From: a plasmid | Reading direction: 5' to 3' (one strand) | Assembly (NCBI RefSeq): GCF_056712565.1 | Contig: NZ_JBWXXM010000004.1 | DNA: 64,000 nucleotides | Part shown: positions 59,979 through 64,000 of the stretch, piece by piece | Numbering within the stretch: the first letter of the stretch is position 1 | How the letters are laid out: every line of letters starts with the position of its first letter | Translations under genes and position numbers: made by a program | The notes under the pieces: generated by a model | Told to the model about the DNA's origin: nothing | The model's database searches: none | The model's input: only the letters and a program-made list of their open reading frames with translations

Positions 59979-60794
59979 TTAGCCAAGGCGCTTACGGCGC
60001 AGTTTCATTGACTTTTTGCGGGCAAGTTTTGCCGCGCCGGTCTGGGCTTTTCGACGCGCTTTTTTCAGCGCCGATTTTTGAGCCGCAGTCAGACGTTTTT
60101 TACGCAGGCGTTTACGGATGAGTTTGATCTCACCATTACGAACAACCTTCTTAAATGCTTCAGTCAGCATTTCATCAGAAGTGCCAGCAACAACAAACGC
60201 CGCTTCCAGTTCGTCGCGGTCGTCGCTATCTAAACCAGCGATAGAGGCACCAACATCAGCAGCTGCGTCGTCGTCTTCATCGTCAGCCAGTGCTTCGATC
60301 AGGTCATCATCTACACCGCATGCTGCGAGGAAGTCAGCAACATTTGCCCATGCTTCGTTATAGGCATCGTCCTGTTCTTCTGTAACTTCGGAGTCGTCGT
60401 CATCAGAGATACCAGCGATAGCCTGAACGAAACCATCAAGGGAGTCGAAAGTCAGATCACCGCTATCAGCCCAGGCGAAAACGGCGTCGGCCGCATCACT
60501 CAACGCATTCTGCATAGCACTTCGATTTGCAGCTTCCAGAATCATCTGGTGCGCCTGTTCGACGGTCCATTCTTTACCGTCTTTCCCTTCCAGGATTTGC
60601 TCAGGAGCCGGGGCAGATGGAACGTTATCGTTAGTCTGTGCCGCCGGTTCCGGATTATTATTAATAACCGGATCTGTTGGCGGTTCAGCGCTTGCTCGGG
60701 CAGACTCCATCAGCTGCACAGGATCAGAGTTCAAAGCGAAACGAGACAGTCCATTCCCCAAAAATGCCCCGGATTGAAAAAAGTTTTTGCTCAT
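59979..60794 (-). CDS. structural-module protein with acidic centre and Lys/Arg-rich C-terminus (271 aa)
   Basis: DDDSEVTEEQDD...; C-terminal RKRLRKKRLTAAQKSALKKARRKAQ. Confidence 0.35.
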   Translation of the reverse strand: MSKNFFQSGAFLGNGLSRFALNSDPVQLMESARASAEPPTDPVINNNPEPAAQTNDNVPSAPAPEQILEGKDGKEWTVEQAHQMILEAANRSAMQNALSDAADAVFAWADSGDLTFDSLDGFVQAIAGISDDDDSEVTEEQDDAYNEAWANVADFLAACGVDDDLIEALADDEDDDAAADVGASIAGLDSDDRDELEAAFVVAGTSDEMLTEAFKKVVRNGEIKLIRKRLRKKRLTAAQKSALKKARRKAQTGAAKLARKKSMKLRRKRLG

Positions 60795-60803
60795 TGTATT
60801 CCC

Positions 60804-62393
60804 TTACTTAATAAGCAGCGGTACGCCCTGGATACGACGGGCTACGCCAGTCGGGCAGCAGGCCCAGACTACTTCCCATTTATCGAATTCCGCCTGCGTA
60901 ACTTTCAGCACATACGGTTCTGTACCGTCAGCATCAGGATCACGAGGAGCCACCAGAGCGCCGGAGGCGACAAAGCGATCTAAAAGTTTGGTCATCCCTT
61001 TAGTCAGGCCAGCCGCAGTAATACCGTCCGGGTTATGCTTCATCTGTCGGGCTAACTGGACAAAGAAACGGCTGATTGCGTTCATCAGGGATGGGACGTG
61101 CTGGAAGTGCAGATAGTTGTCCTGCGTGCAGCAAGTTAAAGCATCATCGATGATCATCTGGCCCGAAGTACCTACAGATACTTTATTGAGTCGGCCCTTG
61201 ACCATAGCTTCTTCGTCCGGGGTGTCTTCAGGATACAGCGGCTGAAGTGATGCACGAGCTATGACGGCACGTTCTTCACCAGCCGGTGAGTAATGCCAAC
61301 CGCCGACATCGGAGTTTTTCTTGACGCCACGAGCTTTCGCCGCATACGCCGCGCCAGACAGACCGAAGACCACGCGGGATTGGGTCCATTTGTCTTTGCA
61401 GGAGAACGGGAAATGATAGACAGCACAGCTTACATAATCGGTACCAAGTAAACCGGTATCTTCAACAGCAGAGATCGCTTCCGTGTACGTCAATGTCGGT
61501 TTGACATCAAAGAAGCCATCAATCAGGCGATCAGAACAGATATTACCTAACGCAGTGATCGCCGCATTGTCATAGCACCCCAGGCCGAGAACAGCGGTGT
61601 ACATGTACGGCGCATTGTTCAGCACTTTCACCGCACGCAGGTACGCAGCGGTTGAGATTTTCGACTGATCGCCGTTGGTACCGCCAGTGAACGCCAACGA
61701 TTTTTTGTTTGTTACTTTCGCTGTCGAAATCAGCTCTTCATTAACAACCGCGCGCAGATATTTAGAACGGGCTTCCAGAGCCGTAGGCAGATAACACAAG
61801 CGGCCCATGTCATCTTTCGCTTCTTCCGCCAAAGACACAGTGTGTGTCTCCAGGGTCGTTACCACGCCGAGCGAAGTCGTCTGGGTCAGTTTTAAGAGGA
61901 AGCGTTCATTACCCGCGCTGTCCGCTGTTGCCGTTTCGATGGTTAACTCACGGGTAGGTGAAATACACGGATCACCATCATCAACGTAGATAGCAAAGGC
62001 TTCGCCACTATCAAGTTCAATTTCAGAACCGTATGGCAACGCACTGTAAGCCGGTTCGCCTGATTCATCGAACATAATAATCGGGAACTTCGCATCATCC
62101 GGAACAGCGCGAACAACATAACCAGATGTTTGCTGAATAGCTTCGTATACATGGCGAATTGGTTCGAACTGTGAGCCGGAAGACGGCTTCAGCGGTTCGC
62201 CGAGAACATCTTCGTAATTGGACTCAGTAACCGCAAGAACAGTAAACGGCTTGCCACGCGCAAATACGCCAATACCAGCCCACAAGCTGCTATTTAATGC
62301 AACACCGGTAGATAACGTCGCATCGGCATTGATCGGGCTAACCGCGACGCCGGATGCATTACCTAATGACTGTTGAATTGAATATTGAGACAT
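60804..62393 (-). CDS. tail sheath protein (gene 22-position), 529 aa
   Basis: Size and position upstream of the tube/baseplate genes; identity by synteny. Confidence 0.45.
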   Translation of the reverse strand: MSQYSIQQSLGNASGVAVSPINADATLSTGVALNSSLWAGIGVFARGKPFTVLAVTESNYEDVLGEPLKPSSGSQFEPIRHVYEAIQQTSGYVVRAVPDDAKFPIIMFDESGEPAYSALPYGSEIELDSGEAFAIYVDDGDPCISPTRELTIETATADSAGNERFLLKLTQTTSLGVVTTLETHTVSLAEEAKDDMGRLCYLPTALEARSKYLRAVVNEELISTAKVTNKKSLAFTGGTNGDQSKISTAAYLRAVKVLNNAPYMYTAVLGLGCYDNAAITALGNICSDRLIDGFFDVKPTLTYTEAISAVEDTGLLGTDYVSCAVYHFPFSCKDKWTQSRVVFGLSGAAYAAKARGVKKNSDVGGWHYSPAGEERAVIARASLQPLYPEDTPDEEAMVKGRLNKVSVGTSGQMIIDDALTCCTQDNYLHFQHVPSLMNAISRFFVQLARQMKHNPDGITAAGLTKGMTKLLDRFVASGALVAPRDPDADGTEPYVLKVTQAEFDKWEVVWACCPTGVARRIQGVPLLIK

Positions 62394-62453
62394 AACTTTC
62401 CCTGTTATGCGCCCCGCACGGGGGCGCTATGTTAAACGGAGAACTTCCCCTGA

Positions 62454-64000
62454 TTACTCAGAGTCACCGGCATCAATCGTGTCGCCGCTAATGAAGTTAA
62501 GCCCGCCTTTTTTGGCCATTGTCAGCGTTACACGAGTGAAGTAATCAGCGCCGTTGCGTGGGTGCATATCGTTGATAGCCGAACCCCACAGTGTGGTACG
62601 GTTGACCAGCGCCGGAGTGGTCGGATGCTGGAACGGGATAGCCGGGACAGCATCACCAGTCACGAAGCCTGCTTTACCCGGATTTTCATCACGGACGTAG
62701 CACAGCACATCCATCGAGCTGAACTGAATGTTCTCTGTCGTTAAGTTCTTACAAATACCAGCAGGTACTTCGTACACTTTCACGTTACCGAACAGGGTAC
62801 CGATGTAGTGAACATACGGAGTCTGGATATAGTCTTCGGCTGGCTGGAAGAAATCCTTCGGCAACTGTTTGAAGAAAGATGCTGCATCAGCACCAGCAAA
62901 CATCCCCATCGCACCAGAAGATTTAACGCGCTCAATAATGTCGCGATATACAGTCTGGAATTTGCCACGAATGATGGTTGCCCATACATCAAAGGACTGG
63001 TTAACCGGCAGAGCGATGTCAAAGGTGTCGGTCGCAAGAGTACGCCAGATCATGATGCGAAGACGCAGCATATCCTGTTCATGAGACAGGTATTCCTTCA
63101 GGGTGCGGAACTGTAGGGAACCCAGGTCCAGACCAAATTCACGCTGTGCTTCATACGCCGCCTGTACCGTGTGCTCAGCCGCGATAACGAACTGGCTTGG
63201 GAACAGGGTGTATTTCTTCATTTCGTGGTTGATCAGCGGGATCAGCTCAGGAGCGGCTTCAATATTGATTTCCGTCTCAATTGCGATCTCAGTGCCTTTA
63301 TCCGGCGCTTTGGAGAACGACAGGGCAATCTGACCAATGTTGTAGTTCAGAGAGCAGGTAACAGTGATTTGCTCACCAGCAGCATTAGTAAACGAGTGAA
63401 GTAGGCTGCCGGAACCGTTATCAACAACAGACTTAATACGGTTAACGTAGATATTAGTGCGACCTTTTCGGATTGGTACATTCTGGCCTTCGAAGTCTTC
63501 CATCTTGAAGGTTGCGGTTTTGCTGGTGCCATCGGAGCTTGCCACCAGCACATAGCGGCGGCGTAACTGGCTGTACACACCGACGGATTGCATGTCCAGA
63601 ACATCACCAGCAGCATAAGAACCAAAAGAGGAACCTGCCACGTTAAAGACTTCATAGATGTCGGACTGGTCACGCGTAACCGGAATGAAGGTACACGCAT
63701 CAGCGGTAGCTGCCCCCAACTGAACAGGCAGGATCATCGCGAGGAATAAAGGCAGACGCATAACACCGTCAGAAACGCTCATCATCTCTGCTGCGACGGA
63801 TTCCAGCATCGCTTTATTAGTGGCATCCATGCTATTGCGGGTGGACTCAATCAGGCAGTTTTCCAGCGTCTGGTGGCAGGAGGCCAGAATTTCCGGACGC
63901 GGCATAGATTTATGTGCTGCGGCGTAGTCAGCCAGTGCACTTGCCCACGCTGTAGCGATTTGAGCGGTGGCATTATCAGAGATACCCGCAAAAACCGGGT
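62454..64000 (-). CDS. major head protein (gene 23-position), N-terminus outside the window
   Basis: ORF track lists 62454-63905, but the frame stays open upstream of the ATG to the window edge (...PVFAGISDNATAQIATAWASALADYAAAHKSM...). Confidence 0.4.
   Translation of the reverse strand, partial: PVFAGISDNATAQIATAWASALADYAAAHKSMPRPEILASCHQTLENCLIESTRNSMDATNKAMLESVAAEMMSVSDGVMRLPLFLAMILPVQLGAATADACTFIPVTRDQSDIYEVFNVAGSSFGSYAAGDVLDMQSVGVYSQLRRRYVLVASSDGTSKTATFKMEDFEGQNVPIRKGRTNIYVNRIKSVVDNGSGSLLHSFTNAAGEQITVTCSLNYNIGQIALSFSKAPDKGTEIAIETEINIEAAPELIPLINHEMKKYTLFPSQFVIAAEHTVQAAYEAQREFGLDLGSLQFRTLKEYLSHEQDMLRLRIMIWRTLATDTFDIALPVNQSFDVWATIIRGKFQTVYRDIIERVKSSGAMGMFAGADAASFFKQLPKDFFQPAEDYIQTPYVHYIGTLFGNVKVYEVPAGICKNLTTENIQFSSMDVLCYVRDENPGKAGFVTGDAVPAIPFQHPTTPALVNRTTLWGSAINDMHPRNGADYFTRVTLTMAKKGGLNFISGDTIDAGDSE

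Overview
The window reads as about 64 kb of a P1-family temperate phage-plasmid (coliphage P1 / P7 / Salmonella SJ46 type), spanning the loxP-cre origin of the P1 map. All calls come from reading the sequence and translations and from recalled P1 biology; no database search, HMM, GC or folding computation was run. Recognisable in order: pmg-region ORFs, hot, humD with a LexA box, the phd-doc addiction module, an lpa-position gene, pacA carrying the 4+3 TGATCA pac hexamers, pacB, c1 and coi, loxP, cra-cre, ref, a mat-position gene, lxc/ulx-position genes, the 2255-aa DarB, portal/pro, SAR endolysin, ssb, the dar/lyd operon, tail-fibre gene S, R, baseplate/tail genes including the 1140-aa Sit, two KilAC-domain genes, and the start of the sheath/head block. 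About ten C1-operator-like 17-mers sit in front of early genes. Four things stand out. (1) A single RelA/SpoT-domain gene (14618-15754, CapRel-like fused toxin-antitoxin candidate) lies in AT-rich DNA where P1, as I recall, carries res-mod. (2) A roughly 5-kb Min/shufflon-like library of nine tail-fibre C-terminal cassettes with nine crossover sites sits beside a Cin-family invertase that lacks its DNA-binding C-terminus; the cassette now fused to S carries an in-frame TAA. (3) pacA has a one-nucleotide frame break. (4) An AT-rich three-gene envelope cluster occupies the sim position. As I recall the P1 map, an IS1 (isaA/isaB region) and tRNA genes would be expected here; I did not find them. 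Names based only on synteny are given in the call text with an empty gene symbol.
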